DNA of 64,000 bases from Candidatus Latescibacterota bacterium (GTDB lineage: Bacteria > Latescibacterota > UBA2968), in contig OZ242010.1 in the NCBI GenBank assembly GCA_965204745.1, positions 4,000,001 to 4,064,000 on the forward strand. Direction: 5' to 3'. Of the stretch, positions 1-9,982 are shown piece after piece. The notes under the pieces were generated by a model. The model did no database searches and was not told the DNA's origin. It was given only the letters and a program-made list of their open reading frames with translations. The position numbers were made by a program, and so were the translations under genes. Within the stretch, counting starts at the first letter, position 1. Each line of letters starts with the position of its first letter.

Positions 1-417
1 GCAGGGATCACAACACAATTGGGCTTATGGGCAAAACGCGATGGGACGGGTATAGCGTTTGATTCCTCGGGCGGCTTTCGGTTGCCCAACCAAGCGGTTC
101 GTGCGCCGGATGCGTCTTGGGTCTTGCGCTGGCGTTACGAGCAGTTGACGGAACGAGAACAAGAGCGATTTTTGCCTCTGTGTCCCGATTTTGCCATTGA
201 ACTCAAATCGCCCACGGATACGCTTGCCGCGCTCAAACGAAAGATGGATGAGTATATTGAAAACGGCCTGCAACTCGGTTGGCTCATCGATCCGAAACAG
301 AAAACCGTTCATATCTATCGTCCGCATCTGCCCGTTGAGGTGCGCGACAATATCAACAACCTGTCCGCCGATCCAATTTTGCCGGGATTTGTTTTGGATC
401 TCACTAAAATCTGGTGA
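1..417 (+). CDS. Uma2 family (DUF820) endonuclease-like protein, 5'-partial
   Basis: Frame is open from base 1. Uma2 motifs RAPDASWV, CPDFAIELKSPTD and KMDEYIENGLQLGWLIDP are present; nearly identical to the next two genes. Confidence 0.9.
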   Translation, partial: AGITTQLGLWAKRDGTGIAFDSSGGFRLPNQAVRAPDASWVLRWRYEQLTEREQERFLPLCPDFAIELKSPTDTLAALKRKMDEYIENGLQLGWLIDPKQKTVHIYRPHLPVEVRDNINNLSADPILPGFVLDLTKIW

Positions 418-448
418 GGTGAGCATCCTATCAATAGAGGAATGTGCT

Positions 449-1021
449 ATGGAAATCGCATTGGATGTCAAACCCTTTGGCGCGCTGACTGAAGATGAAT
501 TTTTTGAGTTTTGTCAACGCAACCGGGATGTGCGTATCGAACGCGATGCAGAAGGAGGAATACTGGTTATGCCACCGACAGGAGGAGCGACGGGCAATCG
601 AAATATCGAAATCGCAATGCAGTTGCAATGGTGGGCAAAACGCGATGGGACGGGTATAGCGTTTGATTCCTCGGGCGGCTTTCGGTTGCCCAGCCAAGCG
701 GTGCGTGCGCCGGATGCGTCTTGGGTCTTGCGCTGGCGTTATGAGCAGTTGACGGAACGAGAACAAGAGCGGTTTTTGCCCCTGTGTCCCGATTTTGCCA
801 TTGAACTCAAATCGCCCACGGATACGCTTGCCGCGCTCAAACGAAAGATGGATGAGTATATTGAAAACGGCCTGCAACTCGGTTGGCTCATCGACCCCAA
901 GCAGAAAACCGTTCATATCTATCGTCCGCATCTGCCCGTTGAGGTGCGTGACAATCCCAATACTTTGTCCGCCGATCCAATTTTGCCGGGATTTGTTTTG
1001 GATCTCACGGAAATCTGGTAA
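449..1021 (+). CDS. Uma2 family (DUF820) endonuclease-like protein
   Basis: ATG at 449 after GAGGA; MEIALDVKPF...PDFAIELKSP. The ORF-track extension back to 191 is an out-of-frame read of the previous copy. Confidence 0.93.
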   Translation: MEIALDVKPFGALTEDEFFEFCQRNRDVRIERDAEGGILVMPPTGGATGNRNIEIAMQLQWWAKRDGTGIAFDSSGGFRLPSQAVRAPDASWVLRWRYEQLTEREQERFLPLCPDFAIELKSPTDTLAALKRKMDEYIENGLQLGWLIDPKQKTVHIYRPHLPVEVRDNPNTLSADPILPGFVLDLTEIW

Positions 1022-1051
1022 TGAGAAACCCTATCAAGTGAGGTACCTACA

Positions 1052-1768
1052 ATGGAAATTGCATTGGATGTCAAACCCTTTGGCGCGCTGACAGAAGATG
1101 AATTTTTTGAGTTTTGTCAACGCAACCGGGATGTGCGTATCGAGCGCGATGCAGAAGGCGGAATACGGATTATGCCACCGACAGGAGAGGCCACGATAGA
1201 AACCGTGTTGGATGTCGAGCCTTTTATCGGGCTTACGGAGGATGAATTTTTTGAATTTTGTCAGCGCACCCATGATGTGCGTATCGAGCGCAATACAAAA
1301 GGAGAAATACTGATTATGCCACCGACAGGCGGAGCGACGGGCAATCGAAATTTGAAGATCGAAATACAATTGGGCTTATGGGCAGAACGCGATGGGACGG
1401 GTATAGCGTTTGATTCCTCAACCGGTTTTCGGTTGCCCAACCAAGCGGTGCGTGCGCCGGATGCGTCCTGGGTCTTGCGCTGGCGTTACGATCAGTTGAC
1501 GGAACGAGAACAAGAGCGATTTTTGCCCCTGTGTCCCGATTTTGCCATTGAACTCAAATCGCCCACGGATACGCTTCCCACACTCAAACGAAAGATGGAT
1601 GAATATATTGAAAACGGCCTGCAACTCGGTTGGCTCATCGACCCCAAGCAGAAAACCGTTCATATCTATCGTCCGCATCTGCCCGTTGAGGTGCGTGACA
1701 ATCCCAACACTTTGTCCGCCGATCCAATTTTGCCGGGATTTGTTTTGGATCTCACTAAAATCTGGTAG
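1052..1768 (+). CDS. Uma2 family protein with a duplicated N-terminal module
   Basis: GAGGT RBS; the segment LTEDEFFEFCQR...RIER...MPPTG occurs twice before the Uma2 core. Confidence 0.92.
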   Translation: MEIALDVKPFGALTEDEFFEFCQRNRDVRIERDAEGGIRIMPPTGEATIETVLDVEPFIGLTEDEFFEFCQRTHDVRIERNTKGEILIMPPTGGATGNRNLKIEIQLGLWAERDGTGIAFDSSTGFRLPNQAVRAPDASWVLRWRYDQLTEREQERFLPLCPDFAIELKSPTDTLPTLKRKMDEYIENGLQLGWLIDPKQKTVHIYRPHLPVEVRDNPNTLSADPILPGFVLDLTKIW

Positions 1769-1794
1769 CCCCACCCAACACAAAGGATTTTCAC

Positions 1795-2991
1795 ATGGCA
1801 AGCGTTCACATCATCCGTCACAAGCCCATCCCCATTTTTGCCAGCACAGCCGAAGTCGCGATTACCTACGACGATGCCCAAGTCGTGCGTCTCGTCGAAC
1901 CGAGTGGCAATGTGGGCACGCAATATCCCAACGAACTCGGCGCAGAGTGGTTTGGCACCATTGAAAACCTCGGCGCGGGCCTCGCACGCGGGGGCGCGAA
2001 CTGGGGCGATGTGTACAAAACCGATGTGCTTTGGACCACGCCCTCTGATAGGCGCGGCGATTGCGCGGCTTACCGCGATGCGTTCAACGCGGTCTATGCC
2101 CCGATGATCAGCGCGGTGACCGGTTGCGCGCTCAAATCCAATCGCATGGCGCGCTTCACCCATCCGGAGGGATTTCCGGATCCCCGAGCACTTTTTGAAG
2201 TGGAAATCAAAGCCGCCAAGGGCGAAGACATTTCCGTTGGCGATGGCAAAATCGAATACGGCGCGTGGACCGATCACCAACCTAACGGCGCCTCGGCGTT
2301 GCATGTGGATGAGCAGGGCAATACGGTTTCAACACTCGGCGGCGACCTCAAACGAGAGACGGAATTCGTGCTTGCCCAATACGAAAAAACGCTCGCCGAA
2401 GCGCGCGTTCAATTCAATACGCAAACCGTCTCTCTCGAAGCCCTGGTCGCGGTTGCCGACGATCCTGCGGCAACTTGGACGCGCATCGAAAGCGTGCGAG
2501 ACGCGATAGCCGATTATTTTGGGGATCGCCGGCCCGCTGGCAAAATCTATGCGGTTTCGCGCATTCCCAACCTCGATGGCATTGTCGAACTCCAGCCGCG
2601 CTGTGTCACGGGCGATGTGGTCATCGACCGCTCGGGCCATCTTGTCGATGGCTTTAGCACTTGGACGGCCATTCGCCGGCAAGGGGTGTCCGAAGTGTTG
2701 GTCAGCGGCGTTGGTGGCGATGATGCCGAAACCATTCTCAACGCCATTGACGCGCACATCAAAGCCGCAGGCGGCGCAGGGCTGAAGGAAAACGGGGTTT
2801 TCAACAATGCCTATATCGTCGCCGCAGAAAACAGCGCGGCTTCGCGGGAGCGTCTCGTCACCTTCAACGAGCAATTCTCGGGCTATTACACGGGCGTTGC
2901 CCCTGCCGGACGAACCGCCCAATTCGTGCCCGGCTTCATGCGCGAGCAACACATCTGCGGCATCTCGACCCGCGCGATCTTCGCGGAATAG
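1795..2991 (+). CDS. Protein with three tandem Rid/YjgF (RidA-like) fold repeats
   Basis: 398 aa. Three degenerate matches to the RidA pattern (L..aG....VvK..V...fN.vY..ff...PaR....lp....vEiea): DVYKTDV..AFNAVY..ARF..LFEVEIKA; DYFGDRRPAG..IVELQ; FNEQFSGYY..PAGRTA. Confidence 0.6.
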   Translation: MASVHIIRHKPIPIFASTAEVAITYDDAQVVRLVEPSGNVGTQYPNELGAEWFGTIENLGAGLARGGANWGDVYKTDVLWTTPSDRRGDCAAYRDAFNAVYAPMISAVTGCALKSNRMARFTHPEGFPDPRALFEVEIKAAKGEDISVGDGKIEYGAWTDHQPNGASALHVDEQGNTVSTLGGDLKRETEFVLAQYEKTLAEARVQFNTQTVSLEALVAVADDPAATWTRIESVRDAIADYFGDRRPAGKIYAVSRIPNLDGIVELQPRCVTGDVVIDRSGHLVDGFSTWTAIRRQGVSEVLVSGVGGDDAETILNAIDAHIKAAGGAGLKENGVFNNAYIVAAENSAASRERLVTFNEQFSGYYTGVAPAGRTAQFVPGFMREQHICGISTRAIFAE

Positions 2992-2997
2992 CATGTC

Positions 2998-3765
2998 TCA
3001 TCCCTCGATCAACCGCATCACGTCTTCAAACAACGCCCCATTTGTGCCGATGGCTTCCTCGCCCCAGATCGTCGCTTCGCCGCTCCATGTGGTGAATGTG
3101 CCGCCCGCTTCTCGCAAAATGGGCGCGAGTGCAGCGCAATCCCACACGTTCATCACCGGATCGAGCACCACCTCTGCGCGCCCGGTCGCCACGAGCATGT
3201 ACCCGTAACAATCGCCCCAACCGCGCACCAATTTGGCCTGGGAGCAAATCCGCGCAATGGCTCGGTCGCGCCCGTGCAAATGCACGAAATCGGTCAAAAG
3301 CACTGTGGCGTCCTGCATGTTCGACACATCCGACACCCGCGCTATGCGGCCATTCCACATGCAACCCAAACCCGTGCCCGCGCAAATCATCTCGTTCAAT
3401 GCGGGAAAATGCACCACGCCCACCGCGGGATCGCCATCGACCTCCACCCCCACCAACACGCCGTAGAGCGGCACCCCGCGGACAAATGATTTTGTGCCGT
3501 CAATCGGATCGACAATCCACCGCCTGCCCGTCGTCCCGGGCTCCTCGCCGTGCTCCTCGCCCACGATGCCATCATCTGGAAACCGCGCGGCGATCAAGGC
3601 GCGCAACTTTTCCTCGGCTTCCCTATCCGCCGCTGTCACGGGTGATTCATCGGCCTTTTGCTCAACTTCGACCCCGGCTTGAAAATACCGCAAGGTAATC
3701 CGCCCGGCCTGCCAGGCCGCATCGGTTGCAAAATCCAAGATGTCCCGCAGCGATGCGTCTGCCAT
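2998..3765 (-). CDS. hisN: Histidinol-phosphatase, inositol monophosphatase family
   Basis: KADESPVTAADREAE, GEEHG, WIVDPIDGTKSF, GWGDCYGY and WDCAA motifs; ATG at 3765 with CAGGAGG RBS. Confidence 0.85.
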   Translation of the reverse strand: MADASLRDILDFATDAAWQAGRITLRYFQAGVEVEQKADESPVTAADREAEEKLRALIAARFPDDGIVGEEHGEEPGTTGRRWIVDPIDGTKSFVRGVPLYGVLVGVEVDGDPAVGVVHFPALNEMICAGTGLGCMWNGRIARVSDVSNMQDATVLLTDFVHLHGRDRAIARICSQAKLVRGWGDCYGYMLVATGRAEVVLDPVMNVWDCAALAPILREAGGTFTTWSGEATIWGEEAIGTNGALFEDVMRLIEG

Positions 3766-3781
3766 TGTCGCCTCCTGTTTA

Positions 3782-5212
3782 TCAATTCCGAAAATCGCTC
3801 GCATTGTCGAATTGCACCGGGATAACGAGTTCCCCTTGCGGGTTGATATACCCATACTTGTCGTCGATTTTCACGCGCGCCACGCCATGGGAAAACGACC
3901 AGGCAAAGTCGAATTGCGGATTGATCACCACCCGACCATCCGTGTTGATATAGCCCCATCTGCCGAAAATTTTCTGCGCGGATTCTTCAAAAAAGGAAAA
4001 CGTAAAATCGAATTGCGGTTGGATGACCACTTGCCCCTCGGTGTTGATATAGCCCCACTTGCCGTCGATCTGCACGGGTGCCAAGCCATTCATAAACGAG
4101 AACGCCAATTCAAATTGCGGCTCGATGATGATGTCGCCTTTCCTGTCGATGTACCCCCACTTGCCATTGAGTTCTACGCGCGCCAAGCCCTCGGAAAAGG
4201 ACCGCGCGTCGTCAAACCGCGGGGGGATCACCTCTTCGCCCGCGGCGTTGATGTAGCCCCACTTGCCACTCTCTTTGATGCGTGCCAAGCCCTCGGAAAA
4301 GGACTCGGGATCGTCGGTTTGTTCGGGCACGACCACCTCGCCTTTTTCATTGATGTACCCCCACTTGCTGCCGAGTTTCACGCGCGCCAAGCCTTCGGAA
4401 AAGGACCGGGTAATGTCGAATTGCGGGGGAATCGAGACGATCCCCTTTGCGTTGACATAGCCCCACCTGCTATTGATTTCCACGCGCGCCAGGCCGTTTG
4501 AAAAATCCCACGCGCTTTCAAATTGCGGAAAAATCACGCGCACGCCCCGGGGATTGATGTACCCCCACTTGCCATCGACTTCTACGCGCCCCAGGCTGTC
4601 CGAAAAATCCCAAGCCGTGTCGAACTGCGGGGCGATCACGGCCTCGCCCGTTGCGTTGATGTACCCCCACTTGTCGTCGATTTCCACCGCGGCCAAGCCC
4701 TGGGAAAAGGACCGCGCATCGTCGAATTGCGGTGCGATCACGGCCTCGCCCGTTGCGTTGATGTACCCCCACTTGTCGTCGATCTTCACGAGTGCCCGTC
4801 CATCTGCGAATGCCCACGCATCTTCCCCGTCAAATTTGGGGGGGATCACCACTTCTCCGGTCTGGTCGATATAGCCCCACTTGCCATTGAGCTCCACGCG
4901 CGCCAACCCGTCTGCGAAGGACCACGCATTGTCGAATTTGGGAGGGATCGCCATTTCGCCTTGGGTGTTGATATAGCCCCACTTGCCGTTGAGTTCCACG
5001 CGCGCCAACCCGTCTGCGAAGGACCACGCATTGTCGAATTTTAGGGGGATCACCATTTCGCCTTGGGTGTTGATGTAGCCCCACTTGCCATCGATTTGAA
5101 CCCGCGCCAAAGGCACGGTTTCGCGGGTCGCGGACTCGTCTGGCAGGTCGCCGGAATTGGCGCACGAAATGATCAGGGTTGCGAAAATCAGGATGTATAA
5201 TTTGTCGTCCAT
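3782..5212 (-). CDS. WG-repeat (KWG) lipoprotein
   Basis: Lipobox-like LIISC, then 13 repeats of about 36 aa (FSEGLARV...GKWGYIN..G..VI.PQFD). Confidence 0.9.
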   Translation of the reverse strand: MDDKLYILIFATLIISCANSGDLPDESATRETVPLARVQIDGKWGYINTQGEMVIPLKFDNAWSFADGLARVELNGKWGYINTQGEMAIPPKFDNAWSFADGLARVELNGKWGYIDQTGEVVIPPKFDGEDAWAFADGRALVKIDDKWGYINATGEAVIAPQFDDARSFSQGLAAVEIDDKWGYINATGEAVIAPQFDTAWDFSDSLGRVEVDGKWGYINPRGVRVIFPQFESAWDFSNGLARVEINSRWGYVNAKGIVSIPPQFDITRSFSEGLARVKLGSKWGYINEKGEVVVPEQTDDPESFSEGLARIKESGKWGYINAAGEEVIPPRFDDARSFSEGLARVELNGKWGYIDRKGDIIIEPQFELAFSFMNGLAPVQIDGKWGYINTEGQVVIQPQFDFTFSFFEESAQKIFGRWGYINTDGRVVINPQFDFAWSFSHGVARVKIDDKYGYINPQGELVIPVQFDNASDFRN

Positions 5213-5227
5213 GGTCCTCCGCCTTTT

Positions 5228-7660
5228 TTACAGTCCGATCAGGTACGACACCTTGAGCAGTACGGCGCGGTTGGTTTGGTGAAAATTGTCTGCGGTGCCA
5301 AACCCGTGGTCGTACACGAAGAAAACGTCACTGCCCGGGCGGAACCGGTAGTTGAGCAACACATTGGCCCCCACCGATTCGCTGTCGGTGTTCCACTGGG
5401 CGAAAATTTTGACGAAGAAATCGGTGGTGAACGAGTAAAGGATCCGCGTGCTCAATGCCTGAATATTGAGATTGGCTTGTGGTAAGTGGATCCAACTGCC
5501 ATCGTAGATCAACTCGATGCCCAACCGTCCGGTGGGCCGATAGACATTTTCAGACGTGATGCGATACAAGTGCCCGGTGTAATACGTCCCCACCTGAAAA
5601 TCGAGATCCAAATTCCATTTGCGATAATTTGCCGTGTCGGGCCCCAGCCTGAACGATGTGAACGCGTATTCCCCCGGGGGAATGGCGACATCGCGTCGCT
5701 TTTGCGACGGGTAAAACGCGCGGAGAACGACATCGCGGATTCTTTCCACGCGGCCCAAAATGCGGTCGGACGACTGAAAGGCGATCACCCCGTCCAAGCG
5801 CGCCCGCCAATACGGAATCGCGCCCTTGTTATCGGAAAGCACTTGCACATTGGGCGTAAATCTCAAATTGCGGATGCGGAACACTTTGGGGCGCGGCAAA
5901 TAGGACATGTTGAACTCGTACCGCCGAAACCCCCGAATCCCGCGCCTGCGGTTGACATACCCGACCTCGGGCCAGAAATTGTCCTCCACGTCCAAAACGC
6001 TTATGACCCCCGCGTATTTGGCGCCGTTGTACGCTGCGCGAAAGTAGCGCGCATCAGAGGAATCGCGCCGATCCGAATCCCAAGTGCGCGCGTAAAACGC
6101 CTGCACATTGACCGAGGTCGTGGGCGAAAAACTGAAATCCACGCCGGCCGCGCGGTTGTGTTCATCCCACCCCGAGCCGGTTTGTTTGTTCACAAAAATC
6201 ATCCCCACATTCGACCTCGCCAGCACATCGCGTTTGACGCGCAACACGGCAAAATTGCTGCGTGCGACCCGCGTGCTGTCTGGCAACAGCGCGTCATCGG
6301 TCAGCACATTCAACGCGCCGATGCTCGTGCGCCCGGCCTTGCCGGACAACTTGCCCCCCACCAGAATCGGCACGGGCCGTCTGTTTTCCAACCCGATTCT
6401 GCGGCTGTAAAACAACAGCGTGGGCGGGCGCACATCACCTCCGCGGATGGTCGCGGCTTCGCCAAAATCGAACAACTGCGCGCCTTCGAGGAAGAACTCG
6501 CGCTTCTCGGGGAAGAACTGCGAGAACTGCGTCAAGTTCACCTGCTCTTGATCCGCTTCGACTTGGGCAAAATCCGTGTTGTAGGACACGTCCAGCGCGA
6601 GATTGGGCGTTAGGCCATAGCGCACATCCGCGCCCGCTTCAAACGTGCCCTTCTCACCCGCAGCGTCTCCCGTAGCGACAAAATTGCGCGTCCTGCCCGG
6701 CAAGACGTAGGGCTTGACCTGAAACAGCCGCTTTCGCTCGACGGCCTTCAACCCATGCAACGCGCCCAAATCGGTCATCTCATACCGCCGCCGGGGCGAG
6801 GGGGTGTGCCGCCCGATCACCAACGCGACTTCCTCGTTTTTGTGCCCGATGTACCGCCCGATGTTGATGCCCCAGGTCATCTCGTCAGACGCATTGAAGC
6901 GCAGTTGATTAAACGGAATCGCGATCTCGGCTGTCCAGCCCTTATCGTGACGCCTACACCGCGTTTCCCAGATGCAATCCCAATCTCCATTGGTGGTGCG
7001 CCCTTCGTTGGACAACAGCATATCCCCGCGCGCGCCGAGCGCGTTGACCACAAAGAAAACCCCGTTCTGATTGTCGTTGAACGGGTCGATCAACAATTGG
7101 ATGTTGTCATCGCTGGAAAGCTGCCCATCTCGGCGCATGTTATTGGTGACGATGAGATCGGGATTTTCGTCGTAGCAGCTAAAGCCAAAATAAAGTTTTT
7201 CATCGTCGTAAATGATTTTCACAACGGTTCGTTCCGTCACCGGCATCCAGTAGTTGGGATCGCGCTGGACAAAGCCCTCTATGGGCATGGCGCGTTGCCA
7301 GACCGCGTCGTCCAATCGCCCGTCAATGCGCGGCGCGTCCTCGACGCGAGTCGCATACGTCATCCTGCGCGGCGTATTCTCCCACGTTCCATCGGCCACC
7401 TCGATGCGGTCACCGGGTTTTACGGACGCCCCCTCGACCAAGCGCGCCACCACGACCTCGGGCAACACTTTGATCACTTGCAAAACCGCGTCGCCACCAT
7501 CGGCGACCTGCAATTTGCCATCCAGCGCGACCCCGCCTTCAAGCCCGCGTACGTACGCGAGATCGCCCACCACCTGATCCACATTGCCACTGACCTGCGC
7601 GTGGGCCAGATGCGGCATTGCAACTGCCACCAGCGCGGCGAAAAACGAATGAAGACGCAT
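5228..7660 (-). CDS. CBM9-like/DUF5916 outer-membrane protein
   Basis: Signal peptide (AHA-Q), PRIDGRLDDAVW, GWTAEIAIPF, NTDFAQVEAD and FPEKREFFLEG motifs, beta-barrel-like C-terminus. Confidence 0.8.
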   Translation of the reverse strand: MRLHSFFAALVAVAMPHLAHAQVSGNVDQVVGDLAYVRGLEGGVALDGKLQVADGGDAVLQVIKVLPEVVVARLVEGASVKPGDRIEVADGTWENTPRRMTYATRVEDAPRIDGRLDDAVWQRAMPIEGFVQRDPNYWMPVTERTVVKIIYDDEKLYFGFSCYDENPDLIVTNNMRRDGQLSSDDNIQLLIDPFNDNQNGVFFVVNALGARGDMLLSNEGRTTNGDWDCIWETRCRRHDKGWTAEIAIPFNQLRFNASDEMTWGINIGRYIGHKNEEVALVIGRHTPSPRRRYEMTDLGALHGLKAVERKRLFQVKPYVLPGRTRNFVATGDAAGEKGTFEAGADVRYGLTPNLALDVSYNTDFAQVEADQEQVNLTQFSQFFPEKREFFLEGAQLFDFGEAATIRGGDVRPPTLLFYSRRIGLENRRPVPILVGGKLSGKAGRTSIGALNVLTDDALLPDSTRVARSNFAVLRVKRDVLARSNVGMIFVNKQTGSGWDEHNRAAGVDFSFSPTTSVNVQAFYARTWDSDRRDSSDARYFRAAYNGAKYAGVISVLDVEDNFWPEVGYVNRRRGIRGFRRYEFNMSYLPRPKVFRIRNLRFTPNVQVLSDNKGAIPYWRARLDGVIAFQSSDRILGRVERIRDVVLRAFYPSQKRRDVAIPPGEYAFTSFRLGPDTANYRKWNLDLDFQVGTYYTGHLYRITSENVYRPTGRLGIELIYDGSWIHLPQANLNIQALSTRILYSFTTDFFVKIFAQWNTDSESVGANVLLNYRFRPGSDVFFVYDHGFGTADNFHQTNRAVLLKVSYLIGL

Positions 7661-7685
7661 GAGAATCTCCTGAAAGGCAAAAGGC

Positions 7686-7785
7686 GGTGAGAGGTGAGAC
7701 GTGAGAGGTGAGACGTAAGAGGTGAGAGGCCACCCGGTAGCCCACAGCCGCAAGTTGTCAGTAGTCAGTGGTCAGTGGTCAGTCC
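7686..7785. repeat. Heptamer tandem repeats (GAGAGGT/GAGACGT and GTCAGT[A/G/T] types)
   Basis: gtgagag gtgagac gtgagag gtgagac gtaagag gtgagag; gtcagta gtcagtg gtcagtg gtcagt. Confidence 0.85.
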
Positions 7786-7852
7786 CCGCACCGCCCTTCC
7801 GCAAGTGAGACGTAAGATGACCTCGGGCCCGCCCAGAGAACACGCGCAACCG

Positions 7853-8893
7853 CTACTCTCGAAACAGATGATCTTCTATCGGCAAGGACATGGCAATGCC
7901 GTTGGTCGCGGAGATGAGGCCCGCTTCCATGATTTCCTGGGCGTGGCGCGACAAGTCTGCACACGTCACAAAACCGGGCGCGGTGTCGGACAAAATGCAA
8001 TGGACAAAATGCTCGGCGCCATTGCCTTCGCCTGCGGGCAGGGCGTCTCGCGCGATGGTTTCGCCGTCTTTGTCGTCGCGTGTGTACAACGTCACCTCGT
8101 CCCCGGCGATAATCGTGCCGTGCGTGCCGTGTAGGATGACTTCGTGCGCGGGCTTGTGCGGCACGGCTTCTGTCCACGTCATTTCCAAGCGGCACATGGC
8201 CTGCGGATAGCGCAATATCATCATGCCGTTGTCATCCACGGGCAAATGCGTTTTTAAGAGGCGCCCGGCCATGCCCACCACGCGGTTGGGCCGCCCCAAA
8301 AACAACACGCACAGGCTCGCGCCGTACCCGCCGTAATCGCCAAACGCGCCCGCGCCATTGAGGTGCTTGTCAAACAGGAAATCGCAAAATTGTTCGGAAC
8401 ACCCCAATTCGTCCGGGCCGCAATGCCCGCCGCGCCACAGCAGTTGCCACACCTGCCCTATCGCGCCCTCTCGCACCAAGCGATACGCCGTGCGGATGCC
8501 GCGATTCCAGGCCGTGGGCCAGTTGACCATCAACACGGTGCCGGCTTTTCGCGCTGCGGTCAACATGCGGTCTGCCTGCTCTAAGGTCGCGGCCATGGGC
8601 TTTTCGACCATGACGTGAATCCCTCGCGGCGCGCACATTTCCACCACGTCGGCGTGATGCGCGGTGGGCGTAAAGACGAAGACCGCGTCCGGACGCGCCT
8701 GATCCAACAGGTCGTCATCCGCATCAAAGACGCATGTGCAACCCGTGCGTTTGACAAATTGATCGCGCAAGGCCGCATCCCCATCTGCCGCGCCGACCAA
8801 CTCGGCATTGTCCAAAGCCTCGAGCGCGCGCAAATTCGACCACACATGATCGTGCGCCAAACCCAGCACGCCGATTTTTACCGTTTGTGTCAT
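7853..8893 (-). CDS. Gfo/Idh/MocA family oxidoreductase
   Basis: N-terminal Rossmann fold (KIGVLGL), HVMVEKPMA, GAGAFGDYGGY. Confidence 0.9.
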   Translation of the reverse strand: MTQTVKIGVLGLAHDHVWSNLRALEALDNAELVGAADGDAALRDQFVKRTGCTCVFDADDDLLDQARPDAVFVFTPTAHHADVVEMCAPRGIHVMVEKPMAATLEQADRMLTAARKAGTVLMVNWPTAWNRGIRTAYRLVREGAIGQVWQLLWRGGHCGPDELGCSEQFCDFLFDKHLNGAGAFGDYGGYGASLCVLFLGRPNRVVGMAGRLLKTHLPVDDNGMMILRYPQAMCRLEMTWTEAVPHKPAHEVILHGTHGTIIAGDEVTLYTRDDKDGETIARDALPAGEGNGAEHFVHCILSDTAPGFVTCADLSRHAQEIMEAGLISATNGIAMSLPIEDHLFRE

Positions 8894-9032
8894 GCTTCCT
8901 CCTCGAGATGGAATACCTGCGATAGCCGCCTAAAAAATATACCGACCACCATAAAAAGCAACCGCTTTGTTATCGGATTTGCGAGGCGGGTTGGGATGGC
9001 CTATATTAACTGCCTATTCAAAGGAGGGGAAA

Positions 9033-9977
9033 ATGAAATATCGCACGTTGGGGCGCACCGGGTTGAAGGTTTCGATCATGGGCATTGGCGGGGGTGGGCC
9101 GACGCAACTGGGGCAAAAGACGGGCGTGGACCAAGCGGGGGTGAACCGGTTGGTGCGCCGGGCATTGGATCTCGGCATCAATTTTTTTGACACCGCGGCG
9201 GCGTATGGCGAGAGCGAGACCATTTTGGGCACCGCGCTTGAGGGCGTACCGCGCGATGAGTACGTTTTGGCGACCAAATTTCACGCCCATCGGGGCAAAG
9301 ACGAGTTCGTCAGCCCGGGCGATGTGGTGGATTCCGTGACGCGCAGTCTGCAACGGCTACAGGTCGATTACGTGGATATCCTACAGTGGCACGGGGTGCG
9401 CCCGCATCACTACGGTGACGCCATCCCCGCGCTGTGGCCCACTGTGGAGAAGCTGAAAGAACAGGGCTTGGTTCGCTTTATCGGGGTGAGCGAGACCTAC
9501 GCAGAAGACCACAAACACGAGATGTTCGCGCAGGCATTGGCAGATGATTTGTTCGACACGGCGATGGTGGGCTACAATTTGCTCAGTCCCACGCCCGAGC
9601 ACGAGATTTTGCCCAAATGTGCAGAATTAAACGTGGGCGTGATTTGCATGGTCGCGGTTCGGCGAGCACTCGCGCGGCCCGAGGTGCTCAAAGAGCGCAT
9701 CGCGTACGCCAAGGCCAAAGGGCTGATCGCCCCTGACGCGCTGGACGATGAGGACCCGCTAGGCTGGCTGGTCACAGGCGATGTCGCGTCCTTGCCCGCG
9801 GCCGGCTACAAGTACGTGAACGCGCATCCGGCCATGGGCGTGGTATTGTCCGGCACTGCGAATGTCGATCACTTAGAAGAAAATGTGAACGCGATCCTAG
9901 GCCCGCCCCTACCCGATGAACACATGGCGCGGTTGCGGTCTGTTTTTGGGAATGTGTGGGAACCACTGGGTAACTAG
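9033..9977 (+). CDS. Aldo/keto reductase
   Basis: MKYRTLGRTGLKVS, GINFFDTAAAYG, LATK, SLQRLQVDYVDILQWH; AAGGAGG RBS. Confidence 0.92.
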   Translation: MKYRTLGRTGLKVSIMGIGGGGPTQLGQKTGVDQAGVNRLVRRALDLGINFFDTAAAYGESETILGTALEGVPRDEYVLATKFHAHRGKDEFVSPGDVVDSVTRSLQRLQVDYVDILQWHGVRPHHYGDAIPALWPTVEKLKEQGLVRFIGVSETYAEDHKHEMFAQALADDLFDTAMVGYNLLSPTPEHEILPKCAELNVGVICMVAVRRALARPEVLKERIAYAKAKGLIAPDALDDEDPLGWLVTGDVASLPAAGYKYVNAHPAMGVVLSGTANVDHLEENVNAILGPPLPDEHMARLRSVFGNVWEPLGN

Positions 9978-9982
9978 TCGGA

